DNA of 63,055 bases, counting the filler, from Saprolegnia diclina VS20 (Eukaryota), in the NCBI RefSeq assembly GCF_000281045.1. It is 8 parts of 3 records of this genome, joined end to end, with 100 filler letters (N's around TTAATTAATTAA, not from the genome) between each part and the next. Parts side by side here need not be neighbours in the genome. Positions count along the whole stretch, not along the records: positions 21,249 to 28,924 come from NW_008246092.1; positions 29,025 to 39,880 come from NW_008246093.1; 6 more parts are not named here. One strand, given 5' to 3'. The notes below the pieces were generated by a model. It was given only the letters and a program-made list of their open reading frames with translations, was not told where the DNA came from and did no database searches. Of the stretch, positions 21,622-34,546 are shown piece by piece; positions within the stretch are counted from its first letter, which is position 1, and each line of letters starts with the position of its first letter. The position numbers and the translations under genes are program-made.

Positions 21622-24301
21622 ATGGTGGTCCATGGCTCATCGGCCGTAGGCGCGATGAAGGCGATGGCGGGCAAGGCAGCGCTTGGAGACGTCAAGCTCC
21701 ACGTGCTCAACGGCAGCCTCGACCCGTTCGAGCAAAAGTTTGGCTACAACTACGACTACGTGTTTGTCTTCAAGGTGCACGACGAGACGCACAAGCTCAC
21801 GGAGGCGCAGACGACGTACTCGATGCGCCTCATCCTCCAGCGGCTCGCGGGCGCCGGCCTCGAGACGCGCATGTTTTACTCGACCACGCGCGACCTCGTC
21901 TTCTGCAAGGTACCATATTGTATCCGGTACGTATATCGCTCATGGGCCAGTAGATCCGCGCGTCGTACGAGCGCCTCTGCAAGGAGGCCGACCGCATCGA
22001 CCTCAAGCTCGAGTTCGACCCCAAGGAGCTCAAAGCGCTGGCCGAGGCCGGCAACCCCAACCACGGCATTGCCCCCATCATCATTGCCGAAGAGAGATAA
22101 CACCTCCCGCGCTGTGATTGGCCATTTTGGATCGGCTTTGGATTGGCCAAAATACGAACACCAAATCTGAGCATCCGCCACCTCAGCCACCNNNNNNNNN
22201 NNNNNNNNNNNNNNNNNNNNNNNNNNNNNNNNNNNNNNNNNNNNNNNNNNNNNNNNNNNNNNNNNNNNNNNNNNNNNNNNNNNNNNNNNNNNNNNNNNNN
22301 NNNNNNNNNNNNNNNNNNNNNNNNNNNNNNNNNNNNNNNNNNNNNNNNNNNNNNNNNNNNNNNNNNNNNNNNNNNNNNNNNNNNNNNNNNNNNNNNNNNN
22401 NNNNNNNNNNNNNNNNNNNNNNNNNNNNNNNNNNNNNNNNNNNNNNNNNNNNNNNNNNNNNNNNNNNNNNNNNNNNNNNNNNNNNNNNNNNNNNNNNNNN
22501 NNNNNNNNNNNNNNNNNNNNNNNNNNNNNNNNNNNNNNNNNNNNNNNNNNNNNNNNNNNNNNNNNNNNNNNNNNNNNNNNNNNNNNNNNNNNNNNNNNNN
22601 NNNNNNNNNNNNNNNNNNNNNNNNNNNNNNNNNNNNNNNNNNNNNNNNNNNNNNNNNNNNNNNNNNNNNNNNNNNNNNNNNNNNNNNNNNNNNNNNNNNN
22701 NNNNNNNNNNNNNNNNNNNNNNNNNNNNNNNNNNNNNNNNNNNNNNNNNNNNNNNNNNNNNNNNNNNNNNNNNNNNNNNNNNNNNNNNNNNNNNNNNNNN
22801 NNNNNNNNNNNNNNNNNNNNNNNNNNNNNNNNNNNNNNNNNNNNNNNNNNNNNNNNNNNNNNNNNNNNNNNNNNNNNNNNNNNNNNNNNNNNNNNNNNNN
22901 NNNNNNNNNNNNNNNNTTTAGCCCCGAAGTGCGCACAAAGCGCGTGCTCGCGTCGCTGCTGCTGATCTTTGCGCTCATTTTGCTCGTCATTGGCGCTGTC
23001 GCGTCCATTTTTGTGTTTCGCATCTTTGCCGAGCGCGGCCGCCCGCTGTACGAGTACACGACGCTCAATATGAACGGCAAGGACGTGCCGCTCGCGTCGC
23101 CGATTGCGTCGACGCTCAACGCAAGTAGGTTTTTTCTGCATTTTTGAGTTTTTTCGCTCATACGATTGGATTTTCTCTAGTTCAGATTCAGGTCATGAAC
23201 GGCATCTACACGACGATCGCGGTGCGCCTCAACAACTATGGTAATCCTCTGCTCATGGGAGAGAATCTGAATCTGAATGTTAGAAAACCACCGCACCGAC
23301 ACGGAATATGAAGACAACTTGATCGCCAAGACGTTCCTCTTTCAGTTTGTCAACTCGTACGCGAGTCTGTTCTACATCGCCTTTATCAAGAGCACTGTCG
23401 ACGTGTGCACGGACCCCAAGGCCGGCGGCTGCATCTACGATCTCATGGTCGCGCTCGGCATCATTTTCTGCCTTCGTCTCACGTACGCGCTTCGATGCCT
23501 TTGCGATAGTCTCAAACCATCACTGACGACTAGGTCGGGCAACTTTTTCGAAGCCGTGTTGCCGTACCTCAAGCGCCGGCTGCGTGGCAAGTGCTCCAAG
23601 CCGGCGACGCCCGACGACGGCGAGACGCGCGCCATGTCGATCGTCGAAGATCAAATGACGCTCGGCGTCTACGACGACATGGGTGTCTTTGGCGACTACA
23701 ACGAAATGATCATCCAATACGGGTATGCGACACACACGTGTCTACAGATCCAATGACAATATTGGTGTCTTGTAAATAGGTACATCACGCTCTTTGTCAT
23801 CTCGTTTCCGCTCGCACCGTTCCTCGCGCTGCTCAACAACTACTTTGAGATTCGAATCGATGCGTTCAAACTCGCAAAGGAGTCGCGCCGCCCGGATCCC
23901 AAAGGCGCCGAAGACATTGGCACGTGGATGACGATCCTCGAGATCATGAGCACGATCGCCGTCATCACCAACGTGGCCGCCGCCGTCTTTACGTCCAACA
24001 CAACGTTCAGCGGCGTCTCGGGCGACATCAAGATGCTTGCGTTCGTCGGCCTTGAGCACGGTGTGCTGCTCGTCAAGTACTTTCTCGCGCTCCTCGTCGA
24101 CGATGTGCCCGAAGATGTCCAGTTGCAGCTCGATCGCTCCAAGTACGCCTTGGTTTCGTGTTGCGATTCATTTTGAGATTTTCGTGTTTTAGGTTCCTCG
24201 TCAACAAGGTTGTCTTCCAGATCCAAGACGACGACGACGACGATCTCGTCAAGGGCAACAAGATCAAGGTCGACTTGACCGTCTATGACGACGACGAGTA
24301 A
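21622..24301 (+). CDS. Anoctamin / TMEM16 family protein (copy 1), multi-exon, middle in gap and apparently interrupted at ~22097
   Basis: Exons encode ENHRTDTEYEDNLIAKTFLFQFVNSYASLFYIAF, DYNEMIIQYG, FPLAPFLALLNNYFEIRIDAFKL and AEDIGTW, all anoctamin hallmarks; short GT-AG introns (e.g. 21910-21953). Confidence 0.85.
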
Positions 24302-24626
24302 TCTCTGCCCCTGTGTTGGCCACGCGGTTGATGTGTCGTTGAATACATTTCATTTTTGCAGCGTGCGTCTTTTCTTGCTTCTGTGTTGGTGCAGAGACGA
24401 CGCGGGGGATCTTGTGGTTGTGCCTCTAGGTCTCTAGGTACTAGGCTAGCTATATTTCGTCGTGGAACACTCGACGCAGTGGTCCTACTTGTGGTTACCT
24501 AGTCGGCTTCGGTGCTAGCCAAGCTCTCGTTGGTGCTCGGGACGGCCTAACCCACGTTTTGTTCGGATCGAACAATTCGAATCGATCTTTAGAGATCCTT
24601 GAACCGACCGCATCTTGACTTTTCCC

Positions 24627-25622
24627 ATGGCCGTCGAGCTCGTCGAGAACCCCAAGGCGGCGATCACGGCGTCCGACACCAAGACGCTGCACGTGACGAG
24701 CGATGTGTTTGAGCAAAAGCACGGCTATAGCTACGACTATGTCTTTGTCTTCAAGGTCCACGACCAGGACGCGACCTTATCGGCGGCCCAAACCACCCAC
24801 TCGATGCGCGTGATCCTCCAGCGCCTCGCGTCCGCCGGCCTCGAGACCAAGCTCTTTTACTCGACCAAGCGCGACCTAGTGTTTTGCAAGGTACGTAGTT
24901 TCCTAATTTCGTAGGCACGAAACATCATATTCGTCGACAGATCCGCGCGGCCCTCGAGCGGCTCTGCAAGGAGGCCGACCGCATTGACCTCAAGCTGGAG
25001 TTTGACCCCAAGCACCTCAAGGCGTTGGCAGAAGCCGGCAACCCCAGCCACGGCATTGCCCCCATCATCATTGCCGAAGAGAGCCACCAGACAAAGCGCA
25101 GTCCGTACCAAAACATCTTTGGCAAGGTAGGACGACACTCTGTCTTGGTTCAAAACGAACAACATTGTCTAGTACGACATGGACGAGCGGCTCCAGAAGG
25201 TCTACAAGCGCTATGGCCCCAAGCGCATTCCATTTCGCGGCGTCGACCGCATCAAGCTCATTCGGAGCATCATTGACGCCAGCACGAATGACGGCGGGTG
25301 CGGCCTCAACACGCAGCGGCTCGTGCTCGACAAGTGTGTCTGGACGGCGTACGCGCTGCACGACTTTGACGAGCGCGAGAAGCTCAACGCCAAGTGGATC
25401 AACTGGTATAGTTTGACAAGTGCATTGGATGTCCACACGCTAGTATTGGGTAGGACGACACGGCCGTCGCAACAACCCTTCCGTGAGATCAAAGACTATT
25501 ACGGCGAAAAAGTCGGCCTCTACTTTGCCTGGCTCGGTACAACCTCGTTTTCAACTTGAAACATTGAAACATTGAAACATTGATTGAAAAATTGGCGCAG
25601 GACACTACACGTCGTGGCTCGT
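24627..25622 (+). CDS. Anoctamin / TMEM16 family protein (copy 2), 5' part only
   Basis: Paralogous N-terminus (YDYVFVFKVHD...DLVFCK) with the same first intron position; FRGVDRIKLI, ALHD and IKDYYGEKVGLYFAWLG motifs. Confidence 0.85.
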
Positions 25623-25723
25623 NNNNNNNNNNNNNNNNNNNNNNNNNNNNNNNNNNNNNNNNNNNNNNNNNNNNNNNNNNNNNNNNNNNNNNNNNNNNNN
25701 NNNNNNNNNNNNNNNNNNNNNNT

Positions 25724-28700
25724 GCCTCAAGAACCCGGCGACGGGCACAGGCACGTGCAGCGTACCGTACGACGCAATGAACCGCTGCATGGCCGAGTGC
25801 TTTGGCGCCAACATGGACCCGGACGTGGTCCGCTTTGCGAAAGCGCAGTGGGGTCTCTCGCCACTGAGCTCGGCGTCGGCGCTCGCGACGGCCTTTGGCA
25901 CCTACGCGTCCGTGCCTCAGTGCGTCGGTACGACTTTGATACCTCGTTGCATTTCGGATAGCTTGATCCACTCGGTCGTGTAGGACCGTACGCGACGCTG
26001 CCAGGCATTGGCACGACCCGCCAAGTGTACGCATGCAACGCCACGTGCCAAATGGCCACCTTGTGCGACGACGGCGACTACATGAGCCTCCTCATGTCGC
26101 AAGCAGGCGCGCTTATTGACTTCTCCGTCAACGCCACGTGCATTGCGCACGGCGGCCGGCTCCAGTGCGCCTCGTACGGCGCTACGGCGTCCACCTGCGC
26201 CCGGTATGCGTGCACGTTCGACGCGATCACCGGTGCGTGCAAGGACCAGACCGCGTGCATGACGACGTGCATGCTGCCCATGACCGCGGGTGGCTGCGCG
26301 CTCGCCAATGGCACGTGGTACATGGACCAGTACAACCGCAACCAATGCTGCCCGCCAGACGCGTACTTCAACGCGACCAACAAAGCCTTTCCGTGCTCGT
26401 ATGCGCCGCCCACCGCGCCGGCGCTCGCCTACACGATCACCGACCCGACGTGCTGTGCGGCGCAGAACGGCACGTGGTTTGTGAGCGGCGGCTACGGCGC
26501 GTGCTGCTTTGGGAAGCTCAAGTCCATTCAAAACGGCAACGCGGTGCAGCTCGCGTGCATGACGACAGTCAGTAGCTGGGACGTAGCCTCGTGTCTGAGC
26601 AGCTGCAGTCGACACAGCGCGGGGTGCACGTCGTGCAAGGCGGCGCAACAGTCGGCCGGCTGCTGCAACACGACAACCGTGGTCGCCAACGAGACGGCGT
26701 GCCTCGCACCGACCATCTGCACCAACCAGCTCGTGGCGGCCGCCAACTGCGCCGACCCGACGCCGTTCTGTGCCAAGTGCGCGGGTAATGTGTGCTCGAG
26801 CGTGACGCAGTGGCCCAGCTGCACCCTCGCGGTCGGCTCGTCGAATGCGTGCGCCTCGGCGGGCGGCAACTGGGATGCCACGGCCAAGGTCTGCAACGCA
26901 ATTGTCAACTCGACCATGGTCGGCACCGACTGCCTCCGGTCCGACGTGTGTCCCAGCGCCACCGACGTTGGCGCGTTCTACGCACCGTTTGGTGTCGTGC
27001 CACAGTACCCCCGCCGCGCAGTCACGTGCCAACGCGGGTGCTATTTGCCGTCGGTGACGACACCGGCGACGTGCACGGCGACTGCCAACTACAAGTGGCT
27101 GCAAGACCACGCCAACGGCCACGGCATCTGCATGACGGTCACGACCGCAGCCAACTGCAACACCCTTGGCGGCACGTTCTTGAGCGCGTCACGAACGTTC
27201 TTTCCCGGGGCGTTTACGACGAGCGCCATGTGCGCCGAAGGCAACTGCGTCGGGAGTCCGCGCGTCGACGGCTGGAGCGCAGCGCAGTGCACGTCGTCGT
27301 CGTCATGGGCGTCGTGCACAATGGCGTGTTCGACGTGCGCCGTCCCGACGTCGAGTCCGTTGGCCGCCCAAGGCAGCGCTGCCTGCTTTAGCACCGACGC
27401 CAGCTACTGCACGAGCCTCGGCTACAGCTCGACTCCGGTACTTTTTCTATTCTCTAATTGGATTTTGGTCTCACATATCACGGGACTAGTGTATGGACAT
27501 GAGCGCCAACTCGACGACGGCGTGCGCGGCGCTGACGAGCGCGACGTGGCGCACCTGCAGCAGCTACGCGTCGGCCACTACGTGTGTGAATACGACCGAC
27601 GTATATGCGACCATGCTCGGGTGCCGGTGGACGTCCGGACCGTGCACCGACGCCGTCTCGTGCGCATCGCAAGGGTCGTGCAACGACGGACCCGACGGTC
27701 GGCGCAAGGTCTGCTTGGACGCGGGCTGGACGTACGGAGATACGTGCAAGGCCAAGATCACGACCGGGCTCAATCAGGTTTCGGTCGCAACCTGCAGCCA
27801 GTGCCAGACGACAGTCGGTGTCTGCGTCGCACCGGCGTCCGGGTCGGGCTGTGCGACGCCAGAGAAGGTACACCCGCGCGGGTGCCGCGTCGACGGTATT
27901 GCTACGGCTGCTGCGTGTGCGACGGCGGGCGGTAGCTGGGTGACGCCGGCGACGACGCAGTCGGCGTGTGTGAGCACCCTCGGGTGTCTCGAGCCTGGCG
28001 CGACGACGCTAAGCATGAAGAACGCCACGCAGTGCACGAAATGCGGCGGCAGTCTCAAGCCGTGGTATACGTGGACGTCCGGGGTGTGGGCACCGGCGTA
28101 CGTCGAGGCGTACACATGGCAGGCCGGCGGCACGACGCTCGTCTCGGCCAACGCGTACATCCCTCTCGTCCGTATATGGACGCGATATCAACATTGCAAT
28201 GTTAGGTACAAGCCGACGCTGTCGCTGCAGCTGCTCGGCCAAGTGCTTCAAGGCCCGATCGCCAAGCGCGTCGCGCGGCTTCAGAAGACCAAGGCCCTTC
28301 TCCAGTACAAACGACGATAAGACTGGCAGGTGGCTTAAGATGCGATGTAGGTACAATGGCATGACGGACGTCCTGAGCAAGCTCGCGTGTGCGTGCGGTC
28401 GGTCGGCCAACAGCGCGTGCTTCTCGACGCCGGCCTCGGCCAATGCAACGCTGACGAGCCAGAGCCAAATCTTTTGCGGCAACAGCTCAACGTCGATCCC
28501 GACCGGCACGACGTCGGCCCTCGTGACGCTCACGTGTCCGAGCTCGCTCTCGGCCCGGCGCCGTCTTGACGCGGCGTCCGACGGCTCGGCGCAGCTCAGC
28601 GTCTCGACCTACTCGATCGGTACATACCATCTCACCATGCTCTTGAATGGGTCATCACTGGCACTGGTAGCGAGCTACACGCTGGCGCTGGCGCCGTACT

Positions 28701-28924
28701 GCACGTCGCAAGCACTCAACCCGCTCGTGCTCAAGACGCCTGGCGGTCTCGTCTACGGCCAGCTCCTCGGACCGGGCCAGGGCGTGAGCATGTCGGGCGC
28801 CTTTGACAACATTTCGCTCTGCCTCAGCATCGACCCGACGGTGCGGCAGTGGCCGGCCTTTGACACGATCGACGTCGCGTTGCTCACCGACGCGGCGACG
28901 ATGCAGCCGCTCAACCTCACGACG
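25724..28924 (+). CDS. Large cysteine-rich, probably extracellular protein of unknown family; multi-exon, both ends in gaps
   Basis: Consecutive Cys/Thr/Ala-rich ORFs (26025.., 27493.., 28199..) with host codon usage, joined by ~45-50 nt GT-AG introns; many N-x-T sequons. Confidence 0.75.
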
Positions 28925-29024
28925 NNNNNNNNNNNNNNNNNNNNNNNNNNNNNNNNNNNNNNNNNNNNTTAATTAATTAANNNNNNNNNNNNNNNNNNNN
29001 NNNNNNNNNNNNNNNNNNNNNNNN

Positions 29025-29281
29025 CGGAGCTCGACACGTGTGCGATCCCGTATGCCGACCAAGCGATCGGCAAGAATGGCAAGCTCGATGGCATGGCCGT
29101 CATCAAGCTCGTGACGCAGCAGAAGGCCAAGCCGACGTTCAGCCCGAGCTGCCCGGACGCGGTCCGGGACCTCGCGTTCCGCTGCTTGGACTACGAGCCC
29201 GAGAACCGACCGAGCGCCGCAGAAGTCGTCGTGCTGCTCAAGGACCGCGTCCGGCCCGCGCTCGAATACGAACCGTACTAG
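29025..29281 (+). CDS. C-terminal fragment of a TKL protein kinase
   Basis: ELDTCAIPYAD...CPDAVRDLAFRCLDYEPENRPSA (subdomains IX-XI); ~65 nt identical to the neighbouring kinase at ~31027-31092. Confidence 0.82.
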
Positions 29282-29951
29282 TGCAGTAGGACCCCTTATC
29301 ATGTGTAGCCACCAAATAATTCAACAAACTTCCAAGCGTATGCTAGTCTCCTGCTCTTGGCGTCCATGACGCGGCGCCAACGACGACGGGTGATGGCTCA
29401 TACGACGTCGCGGACGTGGCCATGCTGCGACAGGCCATCGCGATCTTCGCGCAGGAGCCATCAGATCTGAGCCGTCGAACGTCGATGGCCAGCGCTCAGG
29501 GACGACGATTCAGTGCCAGCGAACGCAAGAACCATCCACGTACTAATGCGACGGCAGCACTGCAGGTACGCACTGGTTTGCCGAGCGCCAGTCGGTTGCA
29601 ACAGCTTTTGGGCTTCTATCATCTGGGCGCGTCATGCCCTTCTCGCACGCATCTCGCTCGTATCGAGAAGACATGTACACATCGATGGACGTATATACAT
29701 TGACGAGACCCGTACTCTTGTCCAGAGGCGCCATGTCGTCGTCGTCGTCGTGTGGTCGGAAGGCGCCATGCAGATGCGGTTGCGTCGTCGGTGCATGTAG
29801 CGACCGGGTGAGCCAGTTCGCGGTTCGAATGGCGGGTTGTTTTAATGTATCGGTTTGTATGTCCATACAAACTGCAAGACCATTGCCGGACGTGAGTCAC
29901 ATGGCACGGTGGGACAGCGGCGCCATTCCACAAGTCAGTTGTCCGTCGAGC

Positions 29952-31254
29952 ATGTCCTTCGTGCGCCGCCGCCTCGACGACGGCATGTCAAGCGCGACGC
30001 TCAACACGATCCTCGGCGTTGTCGCCGGCGTCATCTTGCTCCTGATCATCGGCTACTTTGTCTGGCACCGGCGGACGCGCGAGGCGCGGCGCGAAGCGCG
30101 CTACTATGGCGCCCAGCCGACGCAGCCCGCGCCGGCCTTTCGCATCCGCGGCGAGCCGGCCACCAATGGCGAGAACGACGACGATGACCAGCGCACGTTT
30201 AACTTTCACCAGCCGCAGCCGCAGCCGACAACGGCCCCGGGCTATGTGCTCGACGCCGAGGACGCGCCCGACTTCAAGCGCGTCGCGACCAAGAAGGCGG
30301 CCGGCGCGCCGCCCTTCAAGATGGACCAGGACATGCTCGCCATGAAGGTCGACTTTCACGCGATCCAATATACGCGCAAGCTCACAAAAGGCGCGTTCGG
30401 CGAGGTCTGGCTCGGCCAGTTTAAGGGCCGGTACGTCGCGATCAAGCAGATTCTCGAAGAGCGCAAGGCCGACAAGAAGGAGATCGAGTGCTTCGTGGCC
30501 GAGATCAAGCTCATGCTGCACCTCCAGCACCCGAACGTGCTAGACTTTCTCGGGTTTTCGTGGAACCCGCGGGATGGCAACCTCTGCTTCCTCACCGAGT
30601 ACATGAAGAACGGCGACCTCTTTTACCATTTGCAAAAACGCAAGGCGACGCTCACATGGCCCATCGAGAAGATCAAGATCGCGCTCGACATTGCCCAAGG
30701 CCTCGTGTACCTCCACTCGCTCACGCCCAAGATCATCCACCGCGACCTCAAATCCAAGAACGTGCTCCTCGACGAGAACTGCACGGCCAAGATCAACGAC
30801 TTTGGCATCTCGCGCGTCCGCCAATTTGAAGAGACGATGACCGCCGGCGTCGGCACGGCGCTCTGGGCGGCCCCCGAAGTCTTTATGGGCAAAAAGTACA
30901 ACGACCGCGCCGACGTCTACTCGCTNNNNNNNNNNNNNNNNNNNNNNNNNNNNNNNNNNNNNNNNNNNNNNNNNNNNNNNNNNNNNNNNNNNNNNNNNNN
31001 NNNNNNNNNNNNNNNNNNNNNNNNNTGCCGACCAAGCGATCGGCAAGAATGGCAAGCTCGATGGCATGGCCGTCATCAAGCTCGTGACGCAGAAGCGGGC
31101 GAAGCCCACGTTCAGCCACGACTGCCCGCCTGCCGTGCTCGACCTTGCGATGCGGTGCTTGGACTACGAGCCGGAGCGGCGTCCGAGCGCGTTCGAAGTC
31201 GTCCAGCTCATCGTCGACGTTGTGCAGCCCGCCCTTCGCGCCTCGTCGTCGTAG
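29952..31254 (+). CDS. Single-pass membrane TKL-family protein kinase (100-nt gap inside)
   Basis: N-terminal TM (ILGVVAGVILLLIIGYFVW), KGAFGEV, VAIK, HRDLKSKN, DFG, GVGTALWAAPE. Confidence 0.92.
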
Positions 31255-31479
31255 CTCGGTCGTATTAATCATCTAGTATTACATAATCCCCACGAGATGT
31301 TGGAGCTTTTCGTCTACTGGATTTAGTACAAGAGAAATGAGAGATGCATCAAGGAGATCGAGGTATTAGTCGATCTTGGCCGTGTGTGTCTACTAACTGA
31401 ATGTACTAGAGTGCAGTGTCCATGCAGGACAGGCGGACGTTCCCGCGAAAAATCGGCGTCCGTTCCCAGCAGCAGCCAA

Positions 31480-32277
31480 TCACATCGCGTGGAGAACCAA
31501 GATCGAACTTAATCGAACCATACAAAACGCAAGAGTGCACGGCGACAGAGGTTGGCCGCAGGCGCACTTAGCACGCAGGATGGGTATTTCACACGTGTAG
31601 CACGGTGTCGATAGTTTTAAATAGTGTATGAAATGGCTTGTTGCGCCAATGGACTCGGACCGGCCTACTGCCAAGCAGTGCTTTGCTGGGGGCATGTACC
31701 TGCTTTCCTTAACGAAGGATGTCGATTCCATGAATGACCACATTTGCTGGCCCTGGATACGACGTTCGCAATGGCATGTTGGACACGATGATGAGTTTTG
31801 AAATAGTGTATGAAGCGGATCTCGAGTTGAAAATGGTTGATACCTGTGCTGCACAAATGTCTTTCGATTGCGTTTCGCATGGTAGGGTAGCAAACAAGAG
31901 CGAAACTTGATACCCATAGATGTCTCTTTCTCTACACGAATACACTGTGCATACTTGAACGATGCAGCCCTGGACCCGCTTTGTTTCGTGGTGGTGTTTC
32001 AACTTGGGCGGTGGAATCTGGAGAGGCTAGAACAACGCACCGACGCACTGTACGGTATTATTGCATCACGTGTTGGTTGAGCCTGCCAATGCCATGGGAC
32101 GACCGCTGCTACGCGAGTGCGCCGGTGCATTCGATATGGCAAAGCAATGACTCGTACCGGACCCTTGGTCCTTGTAGATACGATCTATTGTCCGGCGCAC
32201 TCGTATCAACCTCGTGGAATTGGCAACGCTGTCGTCGCAGCTCGTCGTCGTCGCTGGTATCAAGTTCAAGGCGCATG
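31480..32277 (-). CDS. Possible small spliced hypothetical gene divergent from DnaJ
   Basis: Coding-like fragments ([20 protein letters not shown]...; [26 protein letters not shown]) separated by plausible short introns; no family recognised. Confidence 0.25.
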
Positions 32278-32432
32278 CGAATCTTTTTATCAAGCCATCC
32301 CGAGGAATTTTCGTCACCATACACTATTTCGTGTATTTCACGTGTAAATCCCACGTGTGGGAAATCCTGGCCCCCGATGACCACCCAACGCCGGTCACCA
32401 TTTCCACAAAACCCACTTGCAGCGCAGGAATC

Positions 32433-33689
32433 ATGTGGGGCGGCGGCTTTGAGAGCTTCTTCGGCGGCGGCTTCGAGGGCGGCCATGGCCAAGGCGCACC
32501 GCGCGGCAACGTCGACAACTCCAAGTACTACGAGACGCTCGGCGTGGCCAAGACAGCGTCGGAGGCCGAGATCAAGAAGGCCTTCCGCAAGCTCGCGCTC
32601 AAGAACCACCCGGACAAGGGCGGTGACCCGGAGCTCTTCAAGGACATCACGGTGGCGTACGAGGTGCTCTCGGACCCGGAAAAGCGTGAGCTCTACGACC
32701 AGTACGGCGAAGAAGGCCTCCAGCAGGGCGGCGGCGGCGGCGGCGGCGCCGACATTTTCAGCCAGATGTTTGGCGGCCGTGGCGGTGGCCGCCCGCGTGG
32801 CCCGCAAAAGGGCGAAGACCTCACGCACCCGCTCAAGGTGTCGCTCGAGGACTTGTACAACGGCAAAACGGTCAAGCTCGCCGTGAACCGCGATGTGCTC
32901 TGCGGCCGCTGCGATGGCCGTGGCGGCGCCGAGGGCGCGGAGAAGACGTGCGACACGTGCAACGGCCGTGGCATGCGCATCCAGCACCGCCAGATCGCGC
33001 CCGGCATGGTCCAGCAAGTCCAGTCGGTGTGCCCCGATTGCCGTGGCCAGGGCAAGACGATCCGCGAGTCGGACCGTTGCAAGGGCTGCAAGGGTAACAA
33101 GGTCTCGAAGGAGCGCAAGGTCCTTGAGGTCCACATCGAGAAGGGCATGCGCAACGGCCAGCGCATCACGTTCACGGGCGAAGCCGACCAGGCGCCGGGC
33201 ACGATCGCCGGCGATATCGTCTTTGTCGTCCAGGAGAAGGAGCACGGGACCTTCCAGCGCAAGGGCGCCAACCTCATCATGGAGAAGAAGATCACGCTTG
33301 TCGAAGCGCTCTGCGGTTTCGAGACGATCGTCGAGCACCTCGATGGCCGCCACTTGCACGTCAAGACCAAGCCTGGCGAGGTCATCAAGCCGAACCAGTT
33401 CAAGGCAGTGCAGGGCGAGGGCATGCCGCAGCACGGCAACCCGTTCGTGAAGGGCCAGCTTGTGATTCTCTTCAAGATCGAGTTCCCGACGTCGGTGTCG
33501 GCGGACCAGGTGCGCGCGCTCCAGAGCGTGTTTGCCTTGCCCGAGCCCGTCCGTCGCTACAGCGACTCGGAGGAGTGCTTCCTCGGCGACTTTGACGCCG
33601 AGGCCGCCAAGCAGGAAGCGCAGCGCGAAGCGTACGACTCGGACGACGACCGGGGCCAGCCCCGTGGCGTCCAGTGCCAGCAGCAGTAA
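32433..33689 (+). CDS. Type I Hsp40/DnaJ chaperone (DNAJA/YDJ1-like)
   Basis: J domain with HPDKGGD, G/F region, four CxxCxGxG-type zinc motifs, C-terminal CaaX (CQQQ). Confidence 0.96.
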   Translation: MWGGGFESFFGGGFEGGHGQGAPRGNVDNSKYYETLGVAKTASEAEIKKAFRKLALKNHPDKGGDPELFKDITVAYEVLSDPEKRELYDQYGEEGLQQGGGGGGGADIFSQMFGGRGGGRPRGPQKGEDLTHPLKVSLEDLYNGKTVKLAVNRDVLCGRCDGRGGAEGAEKTCDTCNGRGMRIQHRQIAPGMVQQVQSVCPDCRGQGKTIRESDRCKGCKGNKVSKERKVLEVHIEKGMRNGQRITFTGEADQAPGTIAGDIVFVVQEKEHGTFQRKGANLIMEKKITLVEALCGFETIVEHLDGRHLHVKTKPGEVIKPNQFKAVQGEGMPQHGNPFVKGQLVILFKIEFPTSVSADQVRALQSVFALPEPVRRYSDSEECFLGDFDAEAAKQEAQREAYDSDDDRGQPRGVQCQQQ

Positions 33690-33734
33690 GCGAATGCAGC
33701 ACCCGTCGGTCTTCGAACGAAATTGAATATAGAG

Positions 33735-34440
33735 TTATAGTTTGCAGTCGACTTGTCTCTCTTGAGCATCCTTGCGATCGACCTTGCGACAGCAGCAGCA
33801 AGCTCCGCTGCACAGAGCTCCGAAGGCGACCTCGGCACCATCTTGGCTGCCACTGTCACAGCAGGCCGCAGAGCAACTGCATCGACGCCTGTTGCTTGGC
33901 GACGCTCTCTCTGCATGACCAGAACGCAGCGCCAGCACCACTGCGCATGTATGCTGTCGCATGCAGCCACCTGGCCACTTGCAGACGCACCGACAGGCAT
34001 CGCGCTCCTGCTGTTACCTTGGTTGTCCTCGAGCAGGCTTCTACGCCATCCTGCCCTACACGAGTTCATCGTCAAGGAATGATACCTGGATCCATCGCAT
34101 CGCATCGCCCACAGTCAAGTACCGTCTGGCGGGCTCGGTTGCACGACGTGGGCTACCATGCTTCTCGTCCTTGTCGTCGCACGCGCCATTTCGAGGCAAG
34201 TCGTCGTCCAAGGCGCGACGACGGACCTCCATCGCAAGCTCGTTGCCCTTTGCATGCAGTCCTTGCCCATGATCCTTCGTCCACGATGCACTTGGCCTCT
34301 GCTCGACCTACCGTCCAGTTGCCCATACTTGACCTTCCATTCGCATTCTTGTCCATGCTCGTCGTCGTCTTCCTCGCCAAGCTCGTCGTCCTGCTCATGC
34401 TGGTCTGCGATCCTTGGCTTCAAGTTCGATTCTCCTCACA
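33735..34440 (-). CDS. Possible small spliced hypothetical gene between DnaJ and RPB2
   Basis: Acidic ORF fragment (HEQDDELGEEDDDEHG) and Cys-rich terminal fragment (CSGACCCCRK...CKL*); exon structure unresolved. Confidence 0.25.
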
Positions 34441-34546
34441 TTCGATATGATGTATTCATATTGTGCAGATATCAAAAGATAGAGTGTATCACATAGCCAG
34501 GGCGTCCGGTGGCGTGTGGCAGACCATCGACTTGGCAATTTCGAGG

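Noticed and set aside
25556..25582. (TTGAAACA)x3 repeat resembling a CRISPR repeat end
   Set aside because: Contiguous intronic microsatellite without spacers in a eukaryotic gene.
32214..32432. N-terminal extensions from TTG/GTG starts in the ORF track (DnaJ, RPB2, kinase, LicD, Grx)
   Set aside because: Eukaryotic genes; the extensions cover promoter-like DNA and homology begins at downstream ATGs.
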